A stretch of DNA of 38,769 nucleotides from a virus (taxonomy: Duplodnaviria; Caudoviricetes), in the IMG/VR virus record IMGVR_UViG_3300036802_000314, positions 1-38,769 of that record. One strand, written 5' to 3'. The notes below the pieces were generated by a model. It saw only the letters and a program-made list of their open reading frames with translations. It did no database searches and was not told where the DNA came from. How positions within the stretch are numbered: the stretch's first letter is position 1; every line of letters starts with the position of its first letter. Below, one piece after another: positions 17,110 to 27,564 of the stretch. A program made the translations under genes and the position numbers.

Positions 17110-19105
17110 AGCTGCTGGACCGCCTGAGAATCAGTTATCTCGTACGCTGACCTTCAGCAAAGATAGCATTAATGAAGAAGATCGTACTGCAGAGCTTTCG
17201 TTCTCGTCGGAAGCACCATATGAACGCTATTTCGGTAGTGAAATTTTAAGCCATGACCCCGGAGCGATTGACCTACAGAGGTTAACCGATGTCGGGGTTT
17301 TGTTATTTGCACATGGCCGTAATTCTAGATACGGCAATATGCCGATTGGAGTTATTCAAAAGGTATGGGTGGACGACAACGAACGAAAGGCAAGGGCATT
17401 AGTCCAGTTTGATGATGATGAGGACAGTGACAAGGTGTTCCAGAAAGTAAAAAAAGGGATCATCAAGGGAGTATCTGTAGGGTACGAAGTGTCTTCATGG
17501 GAGGAAGTTAAAGCCGGAAAGATATCTGCCAATGGCCGCCATGCTGGGCCTGCTTATGTGGCGCTTAAGTGGCAACCATTTGAAATCAGTATTGAACCAA
17601 CTCCGGCAGATCCGTCCGTTGGTGTTGGGCGTAGTTATAACCAAAATGAGAGCGAGGATGAAGGAATGAAGGGACTTAAAATGCTGGCTTTGGCCGCACA
17701 GGGATTAATGTATGCACCAGATGGTGGAGCAGGAATTGGCGGCGGCGCTGGAACGCCTACACCACCAGAGGGAGAGGGGCAACGAGGAGCTGCTGCACCG
17801 CCTGGAATTGACCCAGCAGTATCTGCACAACAAGGGGCGACAGCAGAACGGTCCCGGGTCACAGAAATCAATTCTCTATGCCGTAACTTCGGTATGGACG
17901 CAACACCATATATTGAAGACGGTAGCACCGTGGACAAAGTGAAGGATGCGATTCTTCAGAAACAGATCGCGGACAAAGCGCCACAGCGGTCAGCCATTCA
18001 GGTAGGAGCGGAAGATCAAGATAAGTTCCGGGCAGCCGCAACGGATGCGTTGCTGTTGCGGGCGGCGCGTACAGTTTCAAAGCCAGCAGCGGGGGCAATG
18101 GAGCTACGTGGTTTGCGCTTGCGTGACCTGGCCGTCGAATGCTTGATTCGTGCTGGTGAATCTGGAGCACATCTGCTGCGTGATGAAGAACTGCTGAAGC
18201 GTGCGCTGAGCCCAGATACTACTTTCCAAGGCATTATTTCCAATGCCGCCAATAAAACACTGTCTCAGTCGTACCAAGAAGCCCCAACCACATTCCAGTA
18301 TTGGACCGGGAAGGGTAGCAACTCCGATTTCAAGGCAGCAGAACATTACCGCATTTCCGAAGCTGGGAACTTGGAGCTGAAACCGCAAAATGGAGTTATC
18401 CCTTATGATACAGCGATGCAAGACGAAAAGGTCACAAAAGCAGTGCTGACATACTCCAAACGGTGGGGCTTTACCCGGGAAGCGTTTATTAATGATGATT
18501 TGAGCATGTTGTCCCGGGTGCCTGCTGCTTACGTAATTGCGGCTAAGCGTGGTGTAAACAAACTTGTTTATCAGCTGTTGGCATCCAATCCACTGATTTT
18601 TGATAACAAGAACCTATTCCATGCAGATCATAATAACTTGGGAACGGCAAGCGTGATTAATACTGTCTCTATGAGTGAAGCCCGAACAAAAATGCGTACA
18701 CAGAAGGATCAGCGGGGCATTTCTACACTCAATATCGCTCCAAAGTATTTACTTTCTCCAGCAGAGTTGGAGACTGCAGCCGTACAATACTTGCGTTCTG
18801 AAGCTGATCCGGCGGGAGCTCATAGCGGTGTGGTTAACGTATTCCGGAATTCGTATGAGGTGATTGTGGATGCGGAGCTGGATCAATATTCTTCTACCGC
18901 CTGGTATCTAGCTGCTGATGCGAACATTGCGGATACTGTGGAGGTAACTTATCTACGTGGTCAAGAGGAACCGACCCTAGAAACAGACATTCCTTTTGAT
19001 CGGTTGGGTATGGATTTCCGTATCTATTTTGATTACGGTGTAACGCTACTGGATTCACGTGGTTTGTTTAAAAATGCTGGCGTAGCACCAGGAGGTGGAG
19101 AATAA
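17054..19105 (+). CDS. Fused prohead protease / scaffold / major capsid protein
   Basis: HK97-type protease (LFAH, GVSVGY, EISIEPTPADPSVG) followed by capsid domain (FTREAFINDDL, LFHADHNN). Confidence 0.9.
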   Translation: MRKRVRTTMKKSLPTTLHRAAGPPENQLSRTLTFSKDSINEEDRTAELSFSSEAPYERYFGSEILSHDPGAIDLQRLTDVGVLLFAHGRNSRYGNMPIGVIQKVWVDDNERKARALVQFDDDEDSDKVFQKVKKGIIKGVSVGYEVSSWEEVKAGKISANGRHAGPAYVALKWQPFEISIEPTPADPSVGVGRSYNQNESEDEGMKGLKMLALAAQGLMYAPDGGAGIGGGAGTPTPPEGEGQRGAAAPPGIDPAVSAQQGATAERSRVTEINSLCRNFGMDATPYIEDGSTVDKVKDAILQKQIADKAPQRSAIQVGAEDQDKFRAAATDALLLRAARTVSKPAAGAMELRGLRLRDLAVECLIRAGESGAHLLRDEELLKRALSPDTTFQGIISNAANKTLSQSYQEAPTTFQYWTGKGSNSDFKAAEHYRISEAGNLELKPQNGVIPYDTAMQDEKVTKAVLTYSKRWGFTREAFINDDLSMLSRVPAAYVIAAKRGVNKLVYQLLASNPLIFDNKNLFHADHNNLGTASVINTVSMSEARTKMRTQKDQRGISTLNIAPKYLLSPAELETAAVQYLRSEADPAGAHSGVVNVFRNSYEVIVDAELDQYSSTAWYLAADANIADTVEVTYLRGQEEPTLETDIPFDRLGMDFRIYFDYGVTLLDSRGLFKNAGVAPGGGE

Positions 19106-19308
19106 TGTTAATTTTAAAGGAACCGCTAAACCATGGGGGCAGATTGTTTGAGGTAGGTGAAAATGTTAGGGGACGTTTACCTTTGGAGCTCACTCAGCAG
19201 CTACAAGAAATGGGGCATCTGGAAGAGCGGGAGGAAGAAAAATCGGAGGACGAAGGAGATACTTTGTCTGATGATTCAAAATCACAGCGCGGGTCTAAAC
19301 GTGGTTAG
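19105..19308 (+). CDS. Small head-associated hypothetical protein
   Basis: TAATG-coupled to the capsid gene. Confidence 0.6.
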   Translation: MLILKEPLNHGGRLFEVGENVRGRLPLELTQQLQEMGHLEEREEEKSEDEGDTLSDDSKSQRGSKRG

Positions 19309-19615
19309 CTTCAAAGATTTCGTTTTCCAAGATATCGGCGTGTTTCTTAACGAAGAAGAATTTGCAGACAAATTTGTAATCGACAAAAAAGAAGTTACTG
19401 CTGTGCTTGATCAAGCCATCGACAGTGATCACCCCCTGGCCTATGCCGAGGGGGTATCTTTGGTTACACATGTGCTATATGTGAGTGAGGCGGAATTAGG
19501 GTACATCCCAGAGTCTAACGAGTGGATGGTTATTAACGACCAGCGGTATCGCGTGGATCGCGTAGGTGACGATATGGGAATGCTTACGATCTCTTTGGAG
19601 GCGAATGTCACATGA
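19301..19615 (+). CDS. Head closure / head-tail connector
   Basis: FLNEEEFAD..INDQRYRV..DDMGMLTISLEAN; synteny. Confidence 0.7.
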   Translation: MVSFKDFVFQDIGVFLNEEEFADKFVIDKKEVTAVLDQAIDSDHPLAYAEGVSLVTHVLYVSEAELGYIPESNEWMVINDQRYRVDRVGDDMGMLTISLEANVT

Positions 19616-20181
19616 TTGATGTCCAGGCAGAGGCAAGAGGCATCCGAGAGGCACTAAGAAGGGTGGGGTCATTGGATACGGATGTACGCAAGTCCTTTTA
19701 TTCGGCGCTCAACCGTACCTCTCAACGTCTAAAAACTGAGTCTGGCCGCAAAGCAAAGGAAACGTACATCGTGAAGTCCAAGGCGGTTACAGATCAGGTG
19801 GTGCTCAAGCGGGGCAGCGTCAGTAATCTATCCAGCGAACTCCGCTGGAAAGGCAGTAACATTCCTCTGATGCAGTTTAAAACAAATCCTAAGGTAGTTT
19901 CCTCCAAACGTCCACGTGCCTTAAAAGCTGCGGTTAAGCGTGCAGGAGGTAACAAGAAAGTGGATGGTGCGTTTCTTGCTCGTATGAGAAACGGGCATAT
20001 CGGAGTCTTTCGACGCAGCGCACGTCGCCGCCTACCCGTGGAGGAATTATATGGCCCGGCAGTACCAATCATGCTCAATAATCCAGAAGTCACCGAGCAC
20101 CTGGAGAGTGTGGCCATTGAAGAAATGGACAAACGACTCGAGCATGAGCTTAACCGCCGTTTAGGAGGTGGAACGTCATGA
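19612..20181 (+). CDS. Minor tail protein (gpZ-like)
   Basis: ALNRT...GAFLARMRNGHIGVFRR..LPVEELYGPAVP. Confidence 0.8.
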   Translation: MIDVQAEARGIREALRRVGSLDTDVRKSFYSALNRTSQRLKTESGRKAKETYIVKSKAVTDQVVLKRGSVSNLSSELRWKGSNIPLMQFKTNPKVVSSKRPRALKAAVKRAGGNKKVDGAFLARMRNGHIGVFRRSARRRLPVEELYGPAVPIMLNNPEVTEHLESVAIEEMDKRLEHELNRRLGGGTS

Positions 20182-20612
20182 CGCCAGTTATGTTGATGAT
20201 GGCAATCAAAGATTTTTTGGGAAAAGAGTTGGCTGACGATGCTGTGACCATTCCAGCGGTGCATCTTGGTGCATTGCCGAGCAAGACTGCAGAAAACCGG
20301 AATGATCCAGTATTCCCTCTTATTATTGTTCGTCCCATGGAGGGTGATAGTGACGATAAAGAAAGCCGAGCTCAAGTTAAATTATTGTTTGGGACACAAT
20401 CCGATGATGATTCTGGTTTTGTTGATGTGCTGAACCTTATGGAACGGGTACGCATTTTGCTGATGAGGCAACGGATCATAGATAAAAAATTCCGGATTGA
20501 ATCAAATTGGAAGTGGCAGTTTTTAGAGGATCAGCCGGAACCACAATGGATTTGTCAGGCGATAACGACTTGGACACTTCCGCAAATTAGACAGGAGGTT
20601 AAGCACTTATGA
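20178..20612 (+). CDS. Tail terminator/completion protein
   Basis: FPLIIVRP motif; synteny before sheath. Confidence 0.65.
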   Translation: MTPVMLMMAIKDFLGKELADDAVTIPAVHLGALPSKTAENRNDPVFPLIIVRPMEGDSDDKESRAQVKLLFGTQSDDDSGFVDVLNLMERVRILLMRQRIIDKKFRIESNWKWQFLEDQPEPQWICQAITTWTLPQIRQEVKHL

Positions 20613-20899
20613 GTAATACAAAAGAAACGAAGGCTACTGAGGTTGTGGTTGTGGAGATCCCCGCCCGCATTTACCTGGGACCGAATTTACCAGGTGGACG
20701 TCTATTGCAATCGACGGTATTCAGCGAAGAAATCCCATTTCATTTGAAGGCATTGCTTGATGAACAGCCGGATGTTGCAGCTTTGATTGTTCCAATTGAT
20801 GAAATGGCTGACGTTCAAGTGCGAATTATGCAAAAAGGAACGCCTGATCATGTAGCTTATCAGGCAATTTTGAGAGGAGGCGTTGTTGGTGGCATTTAA
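20609..20899 (+). CDS. Hypothetical tail-associated protein
   Basis: IYLGPNLPGG; coupled ORF. Confidence 0.65.
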   Translation: MSNTKETKATEVVVVEIPARIYLGPNLPGGRLLQSTVFSEEIPFHLKALLDEQPDVAALIVPIDEMADVQVRIMQKGTPDHVAYQAILRGGVVGGI

Positions 20900-22337
20900 A
20901 CACGGTGTTTCAATTATCGAACAACCTACGTCAGTACTCGCACCAGTGCAGGCAACGAGCGGTATTCCGTTTGTGGTGGGTACTGCACCAATGCATTTGG
21001 CAACAGCCCCTGTGGCGGCTAATACACCTGTGCTTGTTTATACGTATGCCGAAGCAGTGGCTGCACTTGGTTATTCGGATGATTGGTCGAAATATACACT
21101 ATGTGAAGCAATTTATTCGCATTTTGTATTGTACGGTATGTCTCCAATGATCTTGGTTAATGTACTGGACCCGACATTAACTGCTCATAAAACAGCAGTC
21201 GTGCCGGTAGCCGTGCCGGTAAGTAATCGGGTTGCTACTTTAGCTGTGGATGGGGTTATCCTGTCGTCCGTGGTTGTTAAATCTAGTGACGGAGCAACGA
21301 CCTACTCAGCAGCTACCGATTACACTGCAGCTTTTAACGATGCAGGCCAGGTTGTCATTACAACAAAAGGGACACTTCTTGCTTCTGTATCGTCTCTACA
21401 GGTGGGATATAGCAAGTTAAATCCGGCAGCTGTCACATCGTCCGATATTATCGGTGGTACAACATCATCCGGTGCATATACGGGCTTTGAGTTGGTAAAT
21501 CAAGTGTTCTCACGTTTTGGTATATTGCCTGATCTGCTGTTAGCCCCAGGATGGTCACATACGCCTACGGTTGCAGCTGTCATGAAGGCAAAAGCAGGGA
21601 ATATCAACGGTAACTTCAAAGCTATGGCTTTGACTGACCTTGATGCAGCTCAGTCCTATACAGATATTGGAGCTTGGAAATCGACCAATAACTACACGGG
21701 CGAGTTTCAAATTCCAACGTATCCCAAATTAACATTAGGGGATAAGGTCTTTCACTATTCGACGCAACTGGCCGGATTAATAGCGGCTACTGACACAGCA
21801 AACGGTGGTATCCCTTTTGTATCACCATCTAATAAATCGCTTCAAGCGGATGGAACCGTTTTGGCCAACGGAGCAGATCTGTATTTAGGGCATGACCAAG
21901 CTAGCTACCTCAACAGTTTAGGCATTATGACAGCCTTAAACCTTGGAGTGAGTGGCTGGAAGTCTTGGGGGAATAACACTGGGGCTTTCCCGGGAAAAAC
22001 AGACCCTAAAGATAGCTTTATTCCGATCCGCCGAATGTTCAACTGGATTGGAAATAGCATTGTTTTGACTTACATGCAAAAGGTTGATGATCCGATGGAT
22101 AAGCGGCTTATCGCTGCTGTTACAGATTCGATAAATATCTGGCTGAATGGTCTTACGGCGTCCAGCGCACTGCTTGGAGGTCGCGTTGAGTTTCTAGAAT
22201 CTGAAAATCCGGTAACGAGCTTGATGTCCGGCAAAATTGCCTTTCACGTCTATCTTACGCCTCCAGGTCCAGCACAGGAAATTTCGTTCTTGCTTGAATA
22301 CGACACAACTTACCTAGCTGCAATGTACGCAGCGTAG
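20889..22337 (+). CDS. Tail sheath protein
   Basis: FKHGV, VVGTAP, LLAPGWS, SPSNK, WGN..FIPIRR. Confidence 0.92.
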   Translation: MAFKHGVSIIEQPTSVLAPVQATSGIPFVVGTAPMHLATAPVAANTPVLVYTYAEAVAALGYSDDWSKYTLCEAIYSHFVLYGMSPMILVNVLDPTLTAHKTAVVPVAVPVSNRVATLAVDGVILSSVVVKSSDGATTYSAATDYTAAFNDAGQVVITTKGTLLASVSSLQVGYSKLNPAAVTSSDIIGGTTSSGAYTGFELVNQVFSRFGILPDLLLAPGWSHTPTVAAVMKAKAGNINGNFKAMALTDLDAAQSYTDIGAWKSTNNYTGEFQIPTYPKLTLGDKVFHYSTQLAGLIAATDTANGGIPFVSPSNKSLQADGTVLANGADLYLGHDQASYLNSLGIMTALNLGVSGWKSWGNNTGAFPGKTDPKDSFIPIRRMFNWIGNSIVLTYMQKVDDPMDKRLIAAVTDSINIWLNGLTASSALLGGRVEFLESENPVTSLMSGKIAFHVYLTPPGPAQEISFLLEYDTTYLAAMYAA

Positions 22338-22352
22338 AAAGGAGAGAATTAC

Positions 22353-22871
22353 ATGCCGAAAAGATCAGAACGGGTTATTGATTATTCAGTGTTTTTAAAT
22401 GGTTCAGAATACTTGGGTACGGCTACGGCTGACCTCCCTGAAATTGCGTTTTTATCTGAAACTACTAAAGGTGCTGGGATTGCGGGTGAAATTGATGCTC
22501 CCTCCCCGGGGCAGACCAGTGCAATGACGCTTACGCTGAACTGGAACACTGTGGAGAAGGCATCTCTAAAGCTTCTTGCTCCTGTGGTTCACGCTCTTGA
22601 CCTCCGCGCATCTATTCAGAAATTTGATACTGGAACGAACGAGTATATGGAATCCGCACTCAAAGTCACCATTCGCGGACGCCCTCTTAGTGGTGGGTTA
22701 GGCGGTCTTGAGGCTGCAACAGCAATGAGTTCGACAACTGCGTTTTCAGTGAATTATCTCAAAGTCTTCATTGATGGTGAGGAAATCATTGAAATTGATA
22801 AGTTGGCTTACATTTACAAAGTACTTGGTGTAGATTATCTAGCCAAAACTAGAGCTAATCTGGCATTGTAA
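22353..22871 (+). CDS. Tail tube protein (P2 FII-like)
   Basis: LPEI..GAGIAGEID..EIIEIDKL..GVDYL. Confidence 0.88.
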   Translation: MPKRSERVIDYSVFLNGSEYLGTATADLPEIAFLSETTKGAGIAGEIDAPSPGQTSAMTLTLNWNTVEKASLKLLAPVVHALDLRASIQKFDTGTNEYMESALKVTIRGRPLSGGLGGLEAATAMSSTTAFSVNYLKVFIDGEEIIEIDKLAYIYKVLGVDYLAKTRANLAL

Positions 22872-22877
22872 ATTATT

Positions 22878-22899
22878 AATCCCAAACGCTTGGGAATTT
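22878..22899. repeat. Dispersed palindrome copy 3
   Basis: AATCCCAAACGCTTGGGAATTT, intergenic before the chaperone RBS. Confidence 0.75.
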
Positions 22900-22914
22900 G
22901 AGGAGGAACATGGA

Positions 22915-23223
22915 ATGTCTGAGGAAACGCAAGGCTTGGCAGAGGTTTATTCCTTTGCGAAGCCTTTTACATTTGAAGGGCAAGAGATAAAGGAAGTAAC
23001 GCTAAATTTTGATGATTTAGAAGGAAACGACATCATCGCTTGTGATCGGCAGTATCGCGCGGAACAGAGAGGCGGAATATCCATTGCTCCTGAAATGGAT
23101 AAAGCATACCTGGCATATGTAGTTGCTAAAGCAGCGGGAGTTCACGTTGACTTGATTCGTGCAGCCAAGGCTAAAGACTTTACTGCATTGACATTGAGGG
23201 CAAGAAATTTTTTGTTGCTGTAG
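22915..23223 (+). CDS. Tail assembly chaperone (gpE/gp41-like)
   Basis: Between tube and tape measure; ends NFLL. Confidence 0.85.
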   Translation: MSEETQGLAEVYSFAKPFTFEGQEIKEVTLNFDDLEGNDIIACDRQYRAEQRGGISIAPEMDKAYLAYVVAKAAGVHVDLIRAAKAKDFTALTLRARNFLLL

Positions 23224-23372
23224 GCTGTGGAGACAGTAAGGTGATTAAAGACCTTGCTGTCTCTCTAGCCATGGTTACCTATACTCCGGTCTCTTACTTT
23301 TTGAGCTTGCCTCTCGATGAACTCATAGATTCGGTGGACAGGGTAGTTCGATTACGGAAGGGGAGAACATAG
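22915..23372 (+). CDS. -1 frameshift-extended chaperone (E+E' analogue)
   Basis: Slippery AAATTTTTTG at 23205-23214; -1 frame open to TAG at 23372, 3 nt before the tape measure start. Confidence 0.8.
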
Positions 23373-23375
23373 AAC

Positions 23376-26324
23376 GTGGCAGGAAGAAGTAGAGAATATG
23401 ATATCGCCTTTCGGCTAAACGGACTCATGGACCCTTCATTCCGTCAATCCATGGGCAATGCTGAACGTCATATCGAGGAACTGGAACGCGCATTAAGGGA
23501 AATGTCTCGGCGAGGAGATTTGGACGATGTAAGGCGTGATGCAGATCGAGCAGATGATTCTTTACGAGATTTGAGGGACAGTGCTGGTGGCTTTGGTGAT
23601 ACACTCCGACAAGTTGGTGAGTACACCGGAGCCTTCGCATTAATTCAAGGTGCTGCTGGCGGTATGCAAAATATCGTTGGAACCATAGCTGATCAGTCTG
23701 ACGCTATGGCTCAGCTCCAGGCTGCAACTGGTGTAACTGCCGAAGAAATGCTTGCTATGAAGGATAGCGCTGAATCCCTTTATAATGATCGTCTTGGCGA
23801 GGATTTCAACGATCTGGGTGCTGCTCTTGCAACAGTTCGGCAGGTAACGCAAGCTACAGGCGCTGAGTTAGAAAGTACGACTAAAAACGCCATTGTGTTT
23901 AGAGATGTGTTTGGCGAGGATATTACCCAAAGCATCAAGGCATCAGATACAATGATGAAAAACTTCGGTGTAACCTCAGAGCAAGCTTACAACCTCTTGG
24001 CTCAAGGAGCGCAGAATGGACTTAATAAGTCGGATGAACTGATTGATACTGCTAATGAATACAGCGTGTACTTTAAAACCTTGGGTTACGATGCTGAGGA
24101 GATGTTTGATCAATTCGCAGCTGGACTTGACGCAGGCGCTTTTAATCTAGATAAAGTTGGGGATGCAGTCAAAGAATTTGGTATCCGGGTTAAGGATGGT
24201 AGTGAAAGTACTCAAACGGCTATGGCCATGTTGTTTGCTCCGGATGATATCGAAGAATTTACTCAAAAGCTAACAAAGGGATCTACGAAATCAGCCGAGT
24301 ACATGGAATTGCTGAAGCATGTATCTAAAGACACCGCTGCTGAATTAGTCAAGAACTTAAAAGCAGGCGGCACTAAATCTGCAAAGGCTTATGAAGCATT
24401 GCAAGGAATCATGGGTCAAGGTATTGATATTTTAGATGGAATTGCTGATGGATCAGTCAAAGGTAAAGACGCCATGCAACAAGTTATTGATAAGCTTGGT
24501 GAGATTGAAGACCCAATTCAAAAGAGCACGATCGGTGTTGCATTGTTCGGTACTCAGTTTGAGGATATGGAAGCTGGTGTTATAGCTGCATTAGGCACTG
24601 CCCGTGAACAGTTTGATATGACTAAAGCGACGATGGAGGAAGTGGCCAAGGTCAAATACGATACCTTGAGCAAGGACTTTCAAGCGGTAGGACGTCAGTT
24701 AATGACCGAGCTCGTAATACCAATTGGTGAGGATTTAATGCCAGCACTTCAAGGATTTGCTGACTGGATGGGCGATAATACTGATCTATTAAAGGCTATA
24801 GCGTTAGTAGCCCCAGCTGCGTTGATAGGAAAGTCAGTATCCAAGATCGTCAAGGGTTTTGGTTCGATTACGTCAGCAGCTGGAGGAGCTGGAGGGGCTG
24901 CAGGAGGTTTTACAAGAGCGTTGGCGCTGTTGACTAATCCTGTTGGTATTGCAATAACAGGAGTATCCGCCCTTACATTGGGGGTTATGGCATATAAGAA
25001 GCATCAGGAGAAGGCGCGTCAAGAACTGATTCACATGGGCGACACATTGAAGGAGTCAGGGGAACAGTTTGAGGAATCGAATAACAAGGCTCAGTTAACA
25101 AACGATTTGATATGGCAATACGAGGATTTGGGTCGGAAAATAGCGGCTAACTCCACTAGTTCGGGTAACTTGGCAGCTAACTCTGAGAAGCTTGCTGACC
25201 AGCAACAAAGGCAAAAAGATGTTGTCCAGAAATTACAAGAATTATACCCCAATACACTTAGTAATTATGACGTGGAAAACGGAAAGATCGAGACTAAACT
25301 TGGTTTACTTAAACAGGAGTCAGATGCAGAGGTTGCTCTTAAAAAGCTACGTTTAGAGAAGGACGTAGCTGCGGGAATAGAAAAGCTACCTGATATAGAA
25401 AGTGAGATTCGTTCACTCCAAGAACAGGTTTCAGCGGCTCAGGATAGAAAAGATGCTCTTGAAGCTGCTATACCATCACTAAAAGGATACGCTGTTGAAT
25501 ACGAGCGCCTTATGATGGCTCCTGGTGGCGAGGAAAAACAAAAGCAGTTAGATGCGCTGGTTCAGAAAGTCAAGGAAGCGGGGGAATCAATTGATCTCCT
25601 TATAGATGACAGCAGACAATTGGATATGTTGAACGGTATTATTGGGGATTTGGATTCTGAAAAAGTCAACTTGTTAAGTAGCCTTGTGACCAACAGTGAG
25701 GATCTTCAAAAAACCAATGAGGGTTATCAGGCACTATATGATAAGCAACGAGAACTCATTGAGATGGACTTGGGGGGGACATTAGGAGAATACGCTCAAA
25801 AATTTGGAAGTCTAGCAGATGAAGGAAAAGCAAAATTTAACGAATCAATTACAGTGGCAAAGAACCTTAACGATCAAATGAATTTGATCCCTTCAGAGAA
25901 AAAAATAAACATCGAATTTTTGTATAAACATACTGGTCAATACATGCCAGAAGTATCGAAAAAAGTAACCGATATAACAAACTCACTGTTGCCGAAACAA
26001 TTCCGTATGGATCAATATGCAGAAGGCGGTATAGCAACAAAGCCTAGTATTTTTGCTGAGGCTGGTCCAGAAATCGCAATCCCAATTAACAATAAGCCTC
26101 GCTCTCGCTCATTGTTAGACATGGCGAATGATCTTATGGGTTACACCAAAAACGAGAACCGTGAAGGGGATATTATAATCCATAATGCACCTGTTATTAC
26201 GCTTCCAGGGGCAGATCCTTCGGTTATGAAATTAGTGAAAGAGGCTTTAAAGCAGTCAGAAGACAATTTAGAGCGCAAGCTTAAGGAAATCATTGAACAA
26301 CAAAGGCGGGTGAGTTTTCAATGA
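23376..26324 (+). CDS. Tape measure protein
   Basis: 982 aa, helical; GAFNLDKVGDAVKEF, ALFGTQFED; C-terminal YAEGG..AEAGPE. Confidence 0.92.
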   Translation: MAGRSREYDIAFRLNGLMDPSFRQSMGNAERHIEELERALREMSRRGDLDDVRRDADRADDSLRDLRDSAGGFGDTLRQVGEYTGAFALIQGAAGGMQNIVGTIADQSDAMAQLQAATGVTAEEMLAMKDSAESLYNDRLGEDFNDLGAALATVRQVTQATGAELESTTKNAIVFRDVFGEDITQSIKASDTMMKNFGVTSEQAYNLLAQGAQNGLNKSDELIDTANEYSVYFKTLGYDAEEMFDQFAAGLDAGAFNLDKVGDAVKEFGIRVKDGSESTQTAMAMLFAPDDIEEFTQKLTKGSTKSAEYMELLKHVSKDTAAELVKNLKAGGTKSAKAYEALQGIMGQGIDILDGIADGSVKGKDAMQQVIDKLGEIEDPIQKSTIGVALFGTQFEDMEAGVIAALGTAREQFDMTKATMEEVAKVKYDTLSKDFQAVGRQLMTELVIPIGEDLMPALQGFADWMGDNTDLLKAIALVAPAALIGKSVSKIVKGFGSITSAAGGAGGAAGGFTRALALLTNPVGIAITGVSALTLGVMAYKKHQEKARQELIHMGDTLKESGEQFEESNNKAQLTNDLIWQYEDLGRKIAANSTSSGNLAANSEKLADQQQRQKDVVQKLQELYPNTLSNYDVENGKIETKLGLLKQESDAEVALKKLRLEKDVAAGIEKLPDIESEIRSLQEQVSAAQDRKDALEAAIPSLKGYAVEYERLMMAPGGEEKQKQLDALVQKVKEAGESIDLLIDDSRQLDMLNGIIGDLDSEKVNLLSSLVTNSEDLQKTNEGYQALYDKQRELIEMDLGGTLGEYAQKFGSLADEGKAKFNESITVAKNLNDQMNLIPSEKKINIEFLYKHTGQYMPEVSKKVTDITNSLLPKQFRMDQYAEGGIATKPSIFAEAGPEIAIPINNKPRSRSLLDMANDLMGYTKNENREGDIIIHNAPVITLPGADPSVMKLVKEALKQSEDNLERKLKEIIEQQRRVSFQ

Positions 26325-26530
26325 CCACCACATATAGAACAGTTCAAGGCGATACCTGGGATGGTATCGCCTTTAAGTTGTACAAGAGTGAGCAGCTAAT
26401 GACATTGCTTATTAATGCAAACCCAGACCATGCAGGAACCGTTGTGTTTTCAGGAAATGTAATTCTAGTTGTACCGGATAAGCCGCTGGACGCCTCTGAG
26501 ACGCTTCCGCCGTGGCGCAGGGAGGAATAA
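26321..26530 (+). CDS. Tail protein X (LysM-like)
   Basis: YRTVQGDTWDGIA..LINANP..LPPW. Confidence 0.9.
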   Translation: MTTTYRTVQGDTWDGIAFKLYKSEQLMTLLINANPDHAGTVVFSGNVILVVPDKPLDASETLPPWRREE

Positions 26531-26531
26531 T

Positions 26532-27563
26532 ATGGAGCTGATGCAAGACGCCCGCAGGGCGGTTCTAGTGTTATCATACAACGGCAAAGACGTTACAAAG
26601 GATATCGCCGAAGCATTAACTGATTTTCAGTTTAACGATGCGGCTCCAGGCACGCTTGATAATCTCTCTATCACACTGGAAGACAGGGAACGGAACTGGC
26701 AAGGTCCTTGGTCACCGACAGAAGGGGATCGTATCAAAGGGGAAATTCGTACAATCAACTGGGATGGCCCGGGCGAGATTAAAAAGCTTCCCCTTGGCTC
26801 ATTTGAAGTTGACTCTTTTGATTTTAAGGGACCACCGGATACGGTATCTATTAAAGCTATATCATTGCCTGTCAGTTCGGATATTCGGCAGGAAAAACGC
26901 TCGAAGTCTTGGGAGAAGGTGACGCTAAAAACGGTTGCCGGGGAGATTTCCAAACGAGCTGGAATGAAGCTACTTTATGAGGGGTTAGACAATCCCTCCT
27001 ATGACAGATTGGAACAGTCCCAACTATCTGACCTTGCTTTTCTATTGGAAACAGCGACTAAGGAAGGTATCGCTATTAAAGTTTCCAACGGAACTCTCGT
27101 ACTCTTCGACGAGTCCGCATATGAAAAAAAATCTGCGATTACCACAATTAAACGTGGAGAGGCGAACGTAAAAGGTTATGGATTTACATGGGGTGTAGCT
27201 TATACAGCGTATCGCGCGTGTGAAGTGTCTTATACAGACAGTAAGTCTAAAAAGACTGTAAAGGTGACCTATACACCGCCGGGAGCTCCCAAAAGTGGAC
27301 CTGTACTAAAGATCAACGAGCAGGCAGATTCTCAAGCAGCAGCACTCAAGTTAGGTCGAAAAAGACTGCGAGAGAAGAACAAAGAGGCGGGAAGAGGGAC
27401 ATTAAGCCTTATGGGTGATATCCGTATGGCTGCGGGACTGACGATCAATATAAAAGGTTGGGGACGATTTGATGGTAAATATATTATCGTATCTGCCAAT
27501 CATGTCATAGGCGGTAGCGGGTTCACAACTGATTTGGAAATCAGAAAGGTATTGGGGTGGTAG
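26532..27563 (+). CDS. Baseplate hub (P2 gpD / late control D family)
   Basis: DNLSITLED, LGSFEVD, QSQLSDLAFL, GRFDGKY. Confidence 0.88.
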   Translation: MELMQDARRAVLVLSYNGKDVTKDIAEALTDFQFNDAAPGTLDNLSITLEDRERNWQGPWSPTEGDRIKGEIRTINWDGPGEIKKLPLGSFEVDSFDFKGPPDTVSIKAISLPVSSDIRQEKRSKSWEKVTLKTVAGEISKRAGMKLLYEGLDNPSYDRLEQSQLSDLAFLLETATKEGIAIKVSNGTLVLFDESAYEKKSAITTIKRGEANVKGYGFTWGVAYTAYRACEVSYTDSKSKKTVKVTYTPPGAPKSGPVLKINEQADSQAAALKLGRKRLREKNKEAGRGTLSLMGDIRMAAGLTINIKGWGRFDGKYIIVSANHVIGGSGFTTDLEIRKVLGW

Positions 27564-27564
27564 C

